From Vulcanimicrobiota bacterium (lineage in GTDB: Bacteria; Vulcanimicrobiota; Vulcanimicrobiia; Eremiobacterales; Eremiobacteraceae), in contig CAWDVP010000008.1 in NCBI GenBank assembly GCA_963805945.1, positions 13,724 through 77,723 of the forward strand: a DNA stretch of 64,000 bases, in the 5' to 3' direction. The position numbers and the translations under genes were made by a program. Shown piece after piece: positions 33,701-43,350 of the stretch; position 1 is the first letter of the stretch; every line of letters begins with the position of its first letter. The notes under the pieces were generated by a model. The model ran no database searches, was not told the DNA's origin, and saw only the letters and a program-made list of their open reading frames with translations.

Positions 33701-33840
33701 ACCGCAAGGCCGAGGCGGACCGCCTCGAGGATCCAGTCGGCGCGGACGACGCGCGCGGCTTCGCCGGCCTCGCCAGGAAGATGCAGCGGCGTGCCGGCGA
33801 GCAGCGCCTGGAGGTTGCTATCGCCGACGACGTCCATCAA
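30759..33840 (-). CDS. Large pentapeptide-repeat protein with C-terminal membrane domain; several apparent frameshifts
   Basis: Repeated A.F.G...F..A.IGG...(F/L) units across ORFs 32944-33840, 32805-33431 and 30759-32756; C-terminal GYGVRPWR plus TM helices. Confidence 0.75.
31005..31032. repeat. REP-like family A copy inside the pentapeptide-repeat gene
   Basis: tGTAGcggtcgaa-ttta-ttcgaccgtcc; translated DGRINSTAT. Confidence 0.8.
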
Positions 33841-34340
33841 TCGAACTTCCTACGCAGTTGTGCCATCGCGACGGCGCTGCACGCCGCATCGTAGCCCTTA
33901 TTGGATGTAGCGGTCGAATTTATTCGACCGGGCGGACGGTCGACTGAAGTCGACCGCTCCATATGCTCCGCGGCATTTCCGCCGTCTGCGGCCGAGCGCT
34001 CGCGCGCCTGCTGCTCGTTCTCGGTGGTGAGCACGCCGAAGATGACCGGGATGCCGGTTTTCAGCGCGACGTCCGCGATGCCCCGCGCCGCTTCGCCCGC
34101 GACGTATTCGAAGTGAGGCGTGTCACCGCGGATGACGCAGCCCAGGCACACCACGGCGTTGTACGTCTTGGTCTGCGCCGCCCACAGCGCGGCGACCGGC
34201 AGCTCGAACGCGCCGGGCACCTCGAAGACGTCGACGAGGTCCGCCTCGATCTTCGCCTCGGCGAAGCCGCGGCGCGCGCCGTCGAGCAGCGCCTGCGTGA
34301 TCGGCCCGTTGAAACGGCTGCGGATGACTGCGAAACGCAC
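33837..34340 (-). CDS. ribH: 6,7-dimethyl-8-ribityllumazine synthase with in-frame REP-derived insertion
   Basis: RFAVIRSRFN, VPGAFELP, LGCVIRGDTPHFEYV, PVIFGVLT, QARERS..[insert]..NKGYDAA. Confidence 0.95.
   Translation of the reverse strand: MRFAVIRSRFNGPITQALLDGARRGFAEAKIEADLVDVFEVPGAFELPVAALWAAQTKTYNAVVCLGCVIRGDTPHFEYVAGEAARGIADVALKTGIPVIFGVLTTENEQQARERSAADGGNAAEHMERSTSVDRPPGRINSTATSNKGYDAACSAVAMAQLRRKFD
33905..33962. repeat. REP-like family A doublet inside ribH
   Basis: atGTAGcggtcgaa-ttta-ttcgaccg ggcg gacggtcgac-tgaa-gtcgaccgCTCCat; translated MERSTSVDRPPGRINSTAT. Confidence 0.88.
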
Positions 34341-34349
34341 CGAGGCGCT

Positions 34350-35558
34350 CTACTGGCCCGTCTTCTCGAAGAGGTGGCCGAGCTTCTCTTTCTTCACGCG
34401 CAGATAGTCGGCGTTGTACTCGTCGCCGTCCACGATGAGCGGCACTCTGCCGGTCATCTTCAACCCGTAGCCCTCGAGCCCGACGATCTTGCGCGGATTG
34501 TTGGTGATGATCTTCATCTCGCGCACGCCCAGGTCGTGGAGGATCTGCGAACCGGTGCCGTACTCGCGATTGTCGACGGGCAAGCCGAGCCGCTGATTGG
34601 CCTCGACCGTGTCGGCGCCTTCGTCCTGCAGCTCGTAGGCGCGCAATTTGTTGGCGAGCCCGATGCCGCGCCCTTCTTGATGCAGGTAGAGGAACACGCC
34701 GCGCCCGTTGCGCGCGATGATGTGCAGCGCGGCGTCGCGCTGCGCGGCGCAGTCGCAGCGCTTGCTGCCGAGCGCGTCGCCGGTGAGGCATTCGGAGTGC
34801 ACGCGCACGGGAACGTCGCGGCCGTCGCCGATCTCGCCCATGACGAGCGCCACGTGGCACGCGTGGTCGACGAGCGACTCGTAGCCGTAGCCGGTGAAAT
34901 CGCCGAAGCGCGTCGGCATCTTGAAGGTGGCGATGCGCTTCACGAGCTTCTCGTGGCGCATGCGATAGGCGATGAGGTCGGTGACGGTGATGAGCTTCAT
35001 GCCGTGCTCCGCGGCGAACAGCTCGAGCCGCGGGCGGCGCATCATCTTGCCGTCGTCGTCGAGGATCTCGCAGATGACGCCGGCCGGATACAGGCCCGCG
35101 AGCTGAGCGAGATCGACGCCCGCTTCGGTCTGTCCGGCGCGCACGAGCACGCCGCCTTCGCGCGCGCGCAGCGGGAACGTGTGCCCGGGGCAGACGAAGT
35201 CGCTCGGCTTCGAGCGCGGATCGAGCAGCGCGGCGATGGTCGACGCGCGATCGTGCGCCGAGATGCCGGTGGTCGTCCGGCCTTTAGCCTCGACCGACAC
35301 GGTGAACGCCGTCTCGAGCGGCGAGGTGTTCTCGCGCACCATCATCGGGATGTGCAGCTCGTCGAGCCGGCGTCCGATGATCGGCACGCAGATCAGCCCG
35401 CGACCGTGCTTCGTCATGAAGTTGATCGCCTCGGGCGTCACCATCTGCGCCGCCATGGTGAGGTCGCCTTCGTTCTCGCGATCCTCATCGTCCATGACGA
35501 CGATCATCTTGCCGGCGCGGATGTCGGCGATGGCTTCTTCTATTGTGGCAAGCGGCAT
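34350..35558 (-). CDS. ribBA: Bifunctional DHBP synthase / GTP cyclohydrolase II
   Basis: VMDDEDRENEGDL, TAFTVSVEA, PGHTFPL, VRVHSECLTGD, RCDC, QEGRGIGLANK, TNNPRK. Confidence 0.97.
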   Translation of the reverse strand: MPLATIEEAIADIRAGKMIVVMDDEDRENEGDLTMAAQMVTPEAINFMTKHGRGLICVPIIGRRLDELHIPMMVRENTSPLETAFTVSVEAKGRTTTGISAHDRASTIAALLDPRSKPSDFVCPGHTFPLRAREGGVLVRAGQTEAGVDLAQLAGLYPAGVICEILDDDGKMMRRPRLELFAAEHGMKLITVTDLIAYRMRHEKLVKRIATFKMPTRFGDFTGYGYESLVDHACHVALVMGEIGDGRDVPVRVHSECLTGDALGSKRCDCAAQRDAALHIIARNGRGVFLYLHQEGRGIGLANKLRAYELQDEGADTVEANQRLGLPVDNREYGTGSQILHDLGVREMKIITNNPRKIVGLEGYGLKMTGRVPLIVDGDEYNADYLRVKKEKLGHLFEKTGQ

Positions 35559-36139
35559 AAGGCCTCGACGTAGCGTGCGACCGGATCGATCTCGAGGTTG
35601 AGGGTCGCGCCTGCGGCTTTGCTGCCGAACGTCGTCCGCGCCAGCGTCTCCGGTATCAACGCGACGGCGAACGCGGCGTTGTCCGCGTCCACGGCGGCGA
35701 CCGTCAGACTGACGCCGTCGAGCGCGACATACCCCTTCTCTACGATCATCGGAGCTATCTTCGACGGGATTGAGCACCACACCCTGAAGCCTTGTCCTTC
35801 GGGGGTTTTCGCGCGTATGACGCTGGTCGCATCGACGTGCCCGTAGACGAGATGCCCGCCCATCGGATCGCCGAGGCGCAGGCTCGGCTCGAGATTCACG
35901 TCGTCGCCCATAGCCAGCGTGCCGAGATCGCTGCGCGCGAGCGTCTCGGGGATGACGTCGAACGCCATCGTATCGCCGGCGATGCCGGCGACCGTCAGAC
36001 AGACGCCGTTGACGTTGACGCTCGCGCCGGGCTTCTCGCCGCGCGCGAGCGCCGCGCACTCGATGACGAGCCGTTTGCCGCCGCCCGCCGCGGCGATCTC
36101 CGCGACGCGGCCCGAGTTGGTGATGAGACCGGTGAAGAT
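35540..36139 (-). CDS. ribE: Riboflavin synthase alpha chain (apparent ATC start)
   Basis: (I)FTGLI, SVNVNGVCLTV, PETLARS, VNLEP, GGHLVYGHVD, KGYVALDGVSLTV, NLEID. Confidence 0.93.
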   Translation of the reverse strand: MFTGLITNSGRVAEIAAAGGGKRLVIECAALARGEKPGASVNVNGVCLTVAGIAGDTMAFDVIPETLARSDLGTLAMGDDVNLEPSLRLGDPMGGHLVYGHVDATSVIRAKTPEGQGFRVWCSIPSKIAPMIVEKGYVALDGVSLTVAAVDADNAAFAVALIPETLARTTFGSKAAGATLNLEIDPVARYVEALCRLPQ

Positions 36140-37231
36140 GTGCGTGCCTCCGGATCCGCGCTCACGAGCACATCGCGGCCGAGCCGCCGCACCGCCTCGA
36201 CGCGAGCGCGCGCGGCGAGCGGGCTCGCGACTCCGGCGACTGAACCGCCGCTCGGCGCGCCGAGCGTGATGGGAGCGATGATCCAATGGATGCGGTCGAC
36301 GCAGCGCGCGGCGAGCAACGCGCGCGCAAGTGCCGGACCTCCTTCGCATAACACGCTGAGGCATCCTTGGCGCCCGAGCCGCGCGAGCATATCGCGCACG
36401 TCGACGCGCCCGCTCGGCGTGCTGCTTGCACTGCATGACGGACACGCCGCGAGCCTCGAGCGCCGCGCGCGTCGCGCGCGGCATCGCGTTCGTCGTCGCC
36501 ACGATGGTCTGCGCCGCGCGATGATCGCGGACGAGCTTTGAATCGAGAGGGATGCGGCCGCGCGAGTCCACCACGATGCGCTGATACGGGACTGCGCGTT
36601 TGTGCGCGGGCCGCACCGTGAGCAGCGGGTCGTCCACGATGGCGGTCTCGACGCCGATCATGACGGCATCGTGCTCGATGCGCTGCGTGCGCGTGAAGCG
36701 CGCCGCCTGCGCGCCGCTGATGCTGCGTGCGTTCGCCGCGCCGGCGCGCGACGAATCCATCGAGCGATTGCGCGAGCTTAAGGGTCACGTATGGGATGCC
36801 AGTGAGGCGTTGCTTGCGGTACATGCGATTCTGTTCTTGCGCTTCGCGGCGCCGTCGCCCAGCTCGACGACGAGGCCGGCTCCGCGCAGCGCTGCGACGC
36901 CGGCGCCGCGCACATGCTTGTCCGGATCCTCGATTGCGATGACCGCACGCGCGATGCCGACGCGCGCGATCGCGGCGACGCATGGCGGCGTACGACCGCG
37001 ATGCGCGCATGGCTCGAGGGTGACGTAGATGGTCGCACCGCGCGCGCGCGCGCCTGCTTGGCGCAGAGCGACGATCTCGGCGTGCGGCGCGCCGGCGCGC
37101 TGGTGATAGCCGGAGCCGACAACCCGCCCGTCGGCGACGATCACCGCGCCGACGAGCGGATTAGGACTTGTGTCGCCGGTCGCGCGCGCCGCGAGGGCAA
37201 GTGCTCGGCGCATGAAGCGCGACGTCGCCAT
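36140..37231 (-). CDS. ribD: Riboflavin deaminase/reductase; several apparent frameshifts, 3' end uncertain
   Basis: TSPNPLVGAV, HAEIVAL, VTLEPCAHRGRTPPC | PYVTLKLAQSLDG | DAVMIGVETAIVDDPLLT | VLCEGG. Confidence 0.92.
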
Positions 37232-37253
37232 GAACGCCCGTTTTCTGCGCAAC

Positions 37254-37339
37254 TGTAGGTGCCGACCTTTGGTGTAGGGGCCGACCTTTAGGTCGGCCCA
37301 GAAAAAATCGAAGGGTCGATCTGAAGATCGACCCCTACA
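37254..37339. repeat. REP-like family B cluster (partial unit plus doublet)
   Basis: tGTAGgtgccgaccttt ggtGTAGgggccgacc-ttta-ggtcggccc ... gggtcgatc-tgaa-gatcgaccc-CTACa. Confidence 0.85.
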
Positions 37340-37345
37340 GACGCG

Positions 37346-37978
37346 CTACAAACGCGCGGCGAGGCATGCTGCAGCGACCGATACCACACCGAGGCGCCGT
37401 AGGACGAGCGCGCACGCCCGTAGCGTCGCGCCGGTTGTCACGACATCGTCGACCAGGATGACGTCACGGCCTGCCAAGTGCAGCGCATCAACACCAGGCG
37501 CGAATGCGCCGGCGACATTCGCGTCGCGCGCGCCGAGGTCAAGTGAACTCTGCCGCTCGGTTGCGCGCGCGCGGCGCAGCGCGTCGCCAAGGGCGGGCGG
37601 CGAACCGAGCGCAGCCGCCAGCGCGCGCGCGATCACCTCGGCTTGATTGTAGCCACGAGAGCGCAAGCGCGCTGCGTGGAGCGGCACCGGCACGAGGATG
37701 CCTTCGACAGGCATCATGCGTCTGGCAAGAGCCTCGGCAAGCCGCGCGCCGACGGCACGCCTGCCCGCGTACTTGAAGGCGAGAATAGCGCTGCGCAGCA
37801 TCCCTTCGTATGCGCCAAGCGCGGTGACCCGCTCGAGCCCGTCGATATCGCGCCGCACGATGGGCGTGCGCACGCCGATGGCGCAAACGCATGCGTCGCA
37901 CACGTCCGCTCCGAACTCCGCGCATCCGGCGCAACGTCGCGGCGCGAGCACGTCGGCAAGACCTGTAGCATCTGCCAT
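37346..37978 (-). CDS. comF: ComF family protein (double zinc ribbon plus PRTase-like domain)
   Basis: RCAGC..CDAC, AFKY, VPVPLH..RLRSRGYNQA, ILVDDVVTTGATL. Confidence 0.9.
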   Translation of the reverse strand: MADATGLADVLAPRRCAGCAEFGADVCDACVCAIGVRTPIVRRDIDGLERVTALGAYEGMLRSAILAFKYAGRRAVGARLAEALARRMMPVEGILVPVPLHAARLRSRGYNQAEVIARALAAALGSPPALGDALRRARATERQSSLDLGARDANVAGAFAPGVDALHLAGRDVILVDDVVTTGATLRACALVLRRLGVVSVAAACLAARL

Positions 37979-38010
37979 CCGTCACGCTTGCGAGCAGTGC
38001 CGACAAGCGC

Positions 38011-38065
38011 GGGTCGATCTGAAGATCGACCCCTACATACGAAGCGGTCGTTAGATCGACTACAT
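38011..38065. repeat. REP-like family B unit followed by a degenerate family A-like unit
   Basis: gggtcgatc-tgaa-gatcgaccc-CTACat (identical core to the 37313-37339 unit), then agcggtcg..tcgaCTACat. Confidence 0.75.
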
Positions 38066-38174
38066 CGAGGCTGGTGGGGGGAGGGCGCAGTGGCGGCGCG
38101 ACGAACCTTGTGCTCCTTCGGCACGCGGCGCGGTTCCAGTGCGCTGTGGCTGTCGCTCGAAAGAGGGGACCTGC

Positions 38175-39357
38175 ATGGGCCTGACGCGACGTGATTTCCT
38201 CAAAGCCGGGCTCGCTGCCGGCGGGCTGGGCTTGCTGCCGCAGACGCTGCCGTCGCGCGCCGCGGCGAAAGATGCCCTGAAGATCGGCGTCATCTTGCCG
38301 TCATCAGGCGTCTATGCGGAGCTCGGTGACCAGATCGGCAAAGGCATGCGCCTCTACTTCGACGAGGTGCACAACAAGGCGGGCGGCCGCGAGATCGTGG
38401 TCATCAACGAGAACGAATCGAGCGATCCGAGCGTCGCCGTCACCAAGGCGACCAAGTTATCCAGTCCGACAAGGTCGACCTGCTCGCCGGCATCGTCGCG
38501 ACCCCTGCCGCGTACGCCATCCGCGATCTCGTCACCGATCGCAGGTCCCGCTCATCATCGCGAACGCAGGCGGCAACGCGTTGACGCGCGCGCGCAAGAG
38601 CCCGTACATCTTCCGCACGAGCTTCAGCGCCTGGCAGTTCGCCAATCCGCTCGGCACGTGGACCGCCAACCATCTCAACAAGCAGGTCTTCGTCATCGCC
38701 GCCGATTACGCGTACGGCCGCGAGAGCGCGCAAGGATTCAAAGACGCGTTCGTCGCCGCCGGCGGCAAGGTCACGGATGAGGTCTACCCGCCATTGGGCA
38801 GCCCCGACTTCACCCCGTACATCGCCAAGATCGCATCGGCCAAGCCCGACGTGCTCTTCGGCTTCCTGGCGGGCAGCGACGCCACCATCTTCTTACGCCA
38901 GTTCCAGCAGTTCGGACTTTCGAAATCGATCAAGCTCGCGGTGATCGGCGACATGGTCGAGGAGAACACGCTGTCGGCCGTCGGCGACGCGGCGCTCGGG
39001 GCGCATAGCACGTTGCACTGGGCGCTGCTGCTCAAGAACCCGGAGAACGACCGCTTCGTGCAAGACTACTCGATCCGCTACGGCGGCGATCCGAGCGTCT
39101 ATTCGATGCGCGGCTTCGACACCGCGCACACCATCGTCGACGCGGTCAACCGGCTCGACGGCGACACCTCCAACAAGAAAAACGTCATCGCGGCGTTCGA
39201 GGCGGTGCGCTTCAATAGTCCGCGCGGCCCGTTCGAATTCGACCCGGTCACGCACAACGTCATCCAGGACATCTACCTGCGCGAGGTGATCCTCACCGGC
39301 ACGGGCGTGCACAACAAGGTGGTCGCCGACCTCGGGCGCATCCGCGACCCAGGCTAA
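38175..39357 (+). CDS. Liv-family ABC substrate-binding protein with Tat signal; apparent frameshifts near 38460 and 38545
   Basis: TRRDFLK twin-arginine motif, LKIGVILPSSGVYAELG, SPYIFRTSF, DYAYGRE, SPRGPFEFD. Confidence 0.88.
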
Positions 39358-39393
39358 AGGCGGCGCGGCGGCCGACGGCGCACTACAATAGCC

Positions 39394-40254
39394 GTGCCGC
39401 CACAGCTCCTCGCGATACAAGGGCTCAACAGCGTGGCATTCGCCATGCTGTTGTTCTTGTTGGCCGCCGGCTTCTCGCTCATCTACGGCGTCGGGCGCAT
39501 CGCGAACCTCGCGCACGGCACGTTCTACATGCTGGGCGCGTACGTCGGCTACACGGTGGCGCAGCGGACGGGGAACTTCTGGCTGGCGCTCCTCGTCGCG
39601 CCGCTGTTAGGCGCCGCGCTCGGCTGGCTGGTGGAGCGCACGCTCCTGCGACGGCTGCACGGCCGAGAGCTCGACCAAGTGCTGCTCACCGTCGGACTCG
39701 CCTTCATCCTCGCCGATGTCATCCGCGCGATCTGGGGCGCCGACATCCGATCCTCGCCGACCCCGCCCGGCCTGAGCACGCTCGTGCCGATCTTCGGCCT
39801 GCAGTATCCGGCCTACCAGCTCTTCGTCATCGGCGTCGGCGTCGGCGTCTTCATCGGACTGCAGCTGGCGCTGCGCAGCGCGTGGGGCGCTCGGCTGCGG
39901 GCGGTGGCGACCGATCCCGAGATCGCCGCCTCGCTCGGGGTGAGCGCAGGCGCGATCGCATCGATCACATTCGCCGCCGCGGTCGCGCTCGCTGCGTTCG
40001 GCGGAGCAGTGGGTGGACCGATCATCGCGCTCGCGCCGGGGCTGGATCTCACGATGATGCTGCTCGCGCTCATCGTCGTCGTCGTCGGCGGTCTCGGCAG
40101 CGTCGCGGGAGCGATGCTCGGCGCGATCATCGTCGCGCTCGTCGACGGTTTCGGCCGGGTGCTGTTCCCGGAGTACGCGACGTTCCTCATCTTCGCGCTC
40201 ATGGTGATCGTGCTGGGGTTCCGTCCGCAAGGGCTGCTCGGCAGACGTGGCTAG
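39394..40254 (+). CDS. Liv-type ABC permease (LivH-like)
   Basis: LLAAGFSLIYG..NLAHGTFYMLGAY, VVVVGGLGSVAGA, RPQGLLG. Confidence 0.92.
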   Translation: MPPQLLAIQGLNSVAFAMLLFLLAAGFSLIYGVGRIANLAHGTFYMLGAYVGYTVAQRTGNFWLALLVAPLLGAALGWLVERTLLRRLHGRELDQVLLTVGLAFILADVIRAIWGADIRSSPTPPGLSTLVPIFGLQYPAYQLFVIGVGVGVFIGLQLALRSAWGARLRAVATDPEIAASLGVSAGAIASITFAAAVALAAFGGAVGGPIIALAPGLDLTMMLLALIVVVVGGLGSVAGAMLGAIIVALVDGFGRVLFPEYATFLIFALMVIVLGFRPQGLLGRRG

Positions 40255-41159
40255 CGGACACTACAGATCGTACATACTTGTGGGCGTCGGCGCGCTTGCC
40301 GCCCTCATCCCATTCGCGCTGCACGGCTATCCGCTGTATCTCGCGACCGAAGTCGTCCTCTATGCCGTCGCCGCGGTCGCGCTCGACCTGCTCGTCGGCT
40401 ACGCCGGGCTCACCTCGCTCGGCCAAGCGGCCTTCTTCGGCATCGGCGCGTACGCCGCGGCGATCGTCGCCTCGCACTACGGGCCGGTCCTCGCGCTCAC
40501 GCTCGCGGCGGGGTTCGCCGCGGCAGCGCTGTTCGGCGCCGTCATCGCGCCGCTGTGCCTGCGCAGCGCGGGCATCTTCTTCCTTATGATAACGCTCGCG
40601 TTCGCGCCAGCTGGTGTGGGCGACCGCCGACAAGTGGCATGCGCTCACCGGCGGCAGCGACGGGCTCGTGGTCGCGAAGCTGCCTATGAGCGACACCGTC
40701 TTCTACGCGATATCGGTCGCGCTGTTGATCGCGGTGCTGCTCGGTCTCGGCCGTTTGGTGCGCTCGCCGTTCGGACGCGTGCTCGATGCGGTCCGTCAGA
40801 ACGAGACCCGCGCGCGCGCGCTCGGGCTCGCCGCCTTCTGGTACAAGTACTGGGCCTTCGTGCTTGCCGGCGGCATCACCGCGCTCGCGGGCGTGCTGCA
40901 CGCGCACCATCGCAATTTCGTCAGCCTCGCCGACTTGAGCTGGAGCAATTCGGTCTTGCTGCTCGTCATGGTGCTGCTCGGCGGCGCGCGCACGCTGTGG
41001 GGCGGCGTGCTGGGCGCGGCGATCTTCGTGCTGCTCCAGGCGTGGATCAGCTCGAAGACCGATCAGTGGGAGAGCTTCGTCATCGGCGCGGTGCTCATCG
41101 CCATCGTGCTCTTCACCCGCCGCGGACTCGCCAGCTTGGTGGAGGTCCGACATGGTTGA
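40247..41159 (+). CDS. Liv-type ABC permease (LivM-like); apparent frameshift near 40605
   Basis: DLLVGYAGLTSLGQAAFFGIGAY, FFLMITLAF | LTGGSDG, SPFGRVL..RQNETRA, MVLLGG. Confidence 0.9.
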
Positions 41160-42618
41160 ACTGCGCGTCGAGGCGCTCACCAAACGTTTTGGCGGCGTGC
41201 TCGCGCTCGATGCCGTCAGCCTCAGCGTCGCGGGCGGCGAACGCCGTGCGATCATCGGCCCCAACGGCGCGGGCAAGAGCACGCTGTTCGCGTGCATCAG
41301 CGGGCAGGAGCGGCCGACCGCCGGCAGCGTCGCGATCGCCGGACGCGCGACGCGCGGCATGCCGTCCGAGGCCATCGCGCGCCTCGGCGTCGCGCGCACG
41401 TTCCAGATGAGCAGCCTCTTCACCGAGTGCAGCGTGCTCGAAAACGTCGTGTTCGGTGCGCTCGCCGCGACCGGCCACGCGTGGAGCATCGGTAAACCCC
41501 TCGACCGTTTTCCGGACTGCGAGCGCGCCGCACGCGCAGCGCTCGACGCGGTCGGTCTCGCCGGCAAAGCCGATGATGATGCCGCGTCGCTGTCGCACGG
41601 CGAGTCACGCCAGCTCGAGATCGCGGCCGCGCTGGTGCAGCGCCCCACGCTGCTGCTGCTCGACGAACCGCTCGCCGGTCTCGCCGCAAGCGAGCGCGAG
41701 CGCATCGGCAAACTCTTGCTCGGCTTGCCGCGCGACATCACCGTGCTCCTCATAGAACACGACCTCGACTTCGCGCAGGCCTTCGCCGATCGGACGACCG
41801 TGCTCGACAACGGCGTCGTGCTCGCCGAAGGCACGCCGTTCGAGGTGCGCGATGACCCGGCCGTGCAGGCCGTGTATCTGGGCACCGGCGGCGCCGCGCC
41901 CGCCCGGCCGGAACGCGGCGGCGGCGAGGAGTTGCTGCGCGTGCGCGGGCTCTCGTGCGGCTATGGTCCTTCGCTCGTGCTCGACGATATGAACATCGAA
42001 GTGCGGCGCGGCGAGGTCGTGGCGATCCTCGGCCGCAATGGCATGGGCAAGAGCACGCTGCTGAACTGCATCATGGGGTTCTTGCCGGCCCGTTCCGGCG
42101 TCATCGCGCTGGCCGGCGCCGACGTCACGAAGGCTTCGACGCTCACCCGCGCGCGGCGCGGTTGCGCGGTCGTGCCGCAGGGCCGACGCATGCTCGAGGG
42201 CTTGACGGTGGCCGAGGAGCTCACCTTGGCCTCGCATCCCGGACCCTGGACGCGCGAGCGCGTGCTCGCGCTGTTCCCGCGACTCGTCGAACGGCTCAAT
42301 TCGCAAAGCCAGACCCTTTCGGGAGGCGAGCAGCAGATGACGGCGATCGGCCGGGCGTTGATGCGCAACCCCGCGCTGCTCATGATGGACGAACCGAGCG
42401 AGGGCTTGAGTCCGACGCTGGTCCGCGCGCTCGAGCGGACCATCTCCTCGCTGCGCGATGACGGCGAGACGGTGCTGCTCGCCGAGCAGAACGTCGATCT
42501 CGCGCTGGCCGTCGCCGATCGCGTCTACGTCATCGAGCACGGCAAGGTGGTCGAACACGGATCCGCCGCCGCATTGTCCGCGCAACGCTCGCGCCTGGCC
42601 GAGAGCCTGGGGCTCTAA
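41152..42618 (+). CDS. Fused double ABC ATPase (LivG plus LivF)
   Basis: Two Walker A motifs (GPNGAGKST, GRNGMGKST), two Walker B motifs (LLLDEP, LMMDEP), LSGGEQQ. Confidence 0.93.
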   Translation: MVELRVEALTKRFGGVLALDAVSLSVAGGERRAIIGPNGAGKSTLFACISGQERPTAGSVAIAGRATRGMPSEAIARLGVARTFQMSSLFTECSVLENVVFGALAATGHAWSIGKPLDRFPDCERAARAALDAVGLAGKADDDAASLSHGESRQLEIAAALVQRPTLLLLDEPLAGLAASERERIGKLLLGLPRDITVLLIEHDLDFAQAFADRTTVLDNGVVLAEGTPFEVRDDPAVQAVYLGTGGAAPARPERGGGEELLRVRGLSCGYGPSLVLDDMNIEVRRGEVVAILGRNGMGKSTLLNCIMGFLPARSGVIALAGADVTKASTLTRARRGCAVVPQGRRMLEGLTVAEELTLASHPGPWTRERVLALFPRLVERLNSQSQTLSGGEQQMTAIGRALMRNPALLMMDEPSEGLSPTLVRALERTISSLRDDGETVLLAEQNVDLALAVADRVYVIEHGKVVEHGSAAALSAQRSRLAESLGL

Positions 42619-42621
42619 GCC

Positions 42622-43350
42622 CTACTTCGCGATGGCGTAGCGCACTTCGAGCGTCGGTCCGTAGACCGCGTTCTTGTCGGCCAGATCCTGCGTCGGGACG
42701 AAGTGCGCGATGTAGTTGATCGCGCGGAAGCCGAGCGCGTAGCTAAAGCGTTTATCGCGCAGCACGTAGGCGAAGGACACGTCGGTGGCTTCGGCCTTTT
42801 CGCTCGTGAGATTGGCGGCCGGCACTTCGACGCCGGCGACAAGGTAGCTGACTTTGCCCTGCAGCGACGGCATGAACGCCGCACGCAGCTCGAGAGAGCC
42901 GGAGCGGCCGGAGGGCAGATACGCCACCGCCTCGTACCGGCCGCCGGCCAGGCGCGACGCCGCGGCGAGCGGCGGCGAGCCCAGCGACGTGATCTGATTG
43001 AAGATCGTGACGCCGCCGCCGAGCCAGTAGCGTCCCGTCCGCTCGAGCCTGACGTGCGAGACGGCGCTGAACAGCGAGAAGGACGTGAACGGTTGCGGAT
43101 AGCCGGAGGGCGTGGCGAGATAGCCGTGCCCGCCGGTCGTGGGCACTCCCTCCAGCTCGAGATCGAGAGCGCGCCAGGCCTGCCGCGCGCGCAGCAGCGC
43201 TGCCACACCGCTGATCGGCGTCGTGGTGTCGGGCTGGAGATGTGCACCGGTGATGGCGATGCCCTGGATGCCGATCGTCGTCTCGGCGAGCGCCGGCGCC
43301 CGCAGCAGCGCGAGCAGGGCGATGAGGAGCAGACCTATTCGCAGGGCCAC
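42622..43350 (-). CDS. Hypothetical secreted/outer-membrane beta-rich protein
   Basis: Signal peptide ALRIGLLLIALLALLRAPALA; amphipathic beta strands, ends YGPTLEVRYAIAK. Confidence 0.6.
   Translation of the reverse strand: MALRIGLLLIALLALLRAPALAETTIGIQGIAITGAHLQPDTTTPISGVAALLRARQAWRALDLELEGVPTTGGHGYLATPSGYPQPFTSFSLFSAVSHVRLERTGRYWLGGGVTIFNQITSLGSPPLAAASRLAGGRYEAVAYLPSGRSGSLELRAAFMPSLQGKVSYLVAGVEVPAANLTSEKAEATDVSFAYVLRDKRFSYALGFRAINYIAHFVPTQDLADKNAVYGPTLEVRYAIAK

Noticed and set aside
37232..37345. FMN riboswitch upstream of ribD
   Set aside because: The interval is filled by REP-like repeats and lacks FMN aptamer motifs
626..38065. Palindromic repeats as a CRISPR array
   Set aside because: Copies are dispersed singlets or inverted doublets, not regularly spaced direct repeats with spacers; no cas genes
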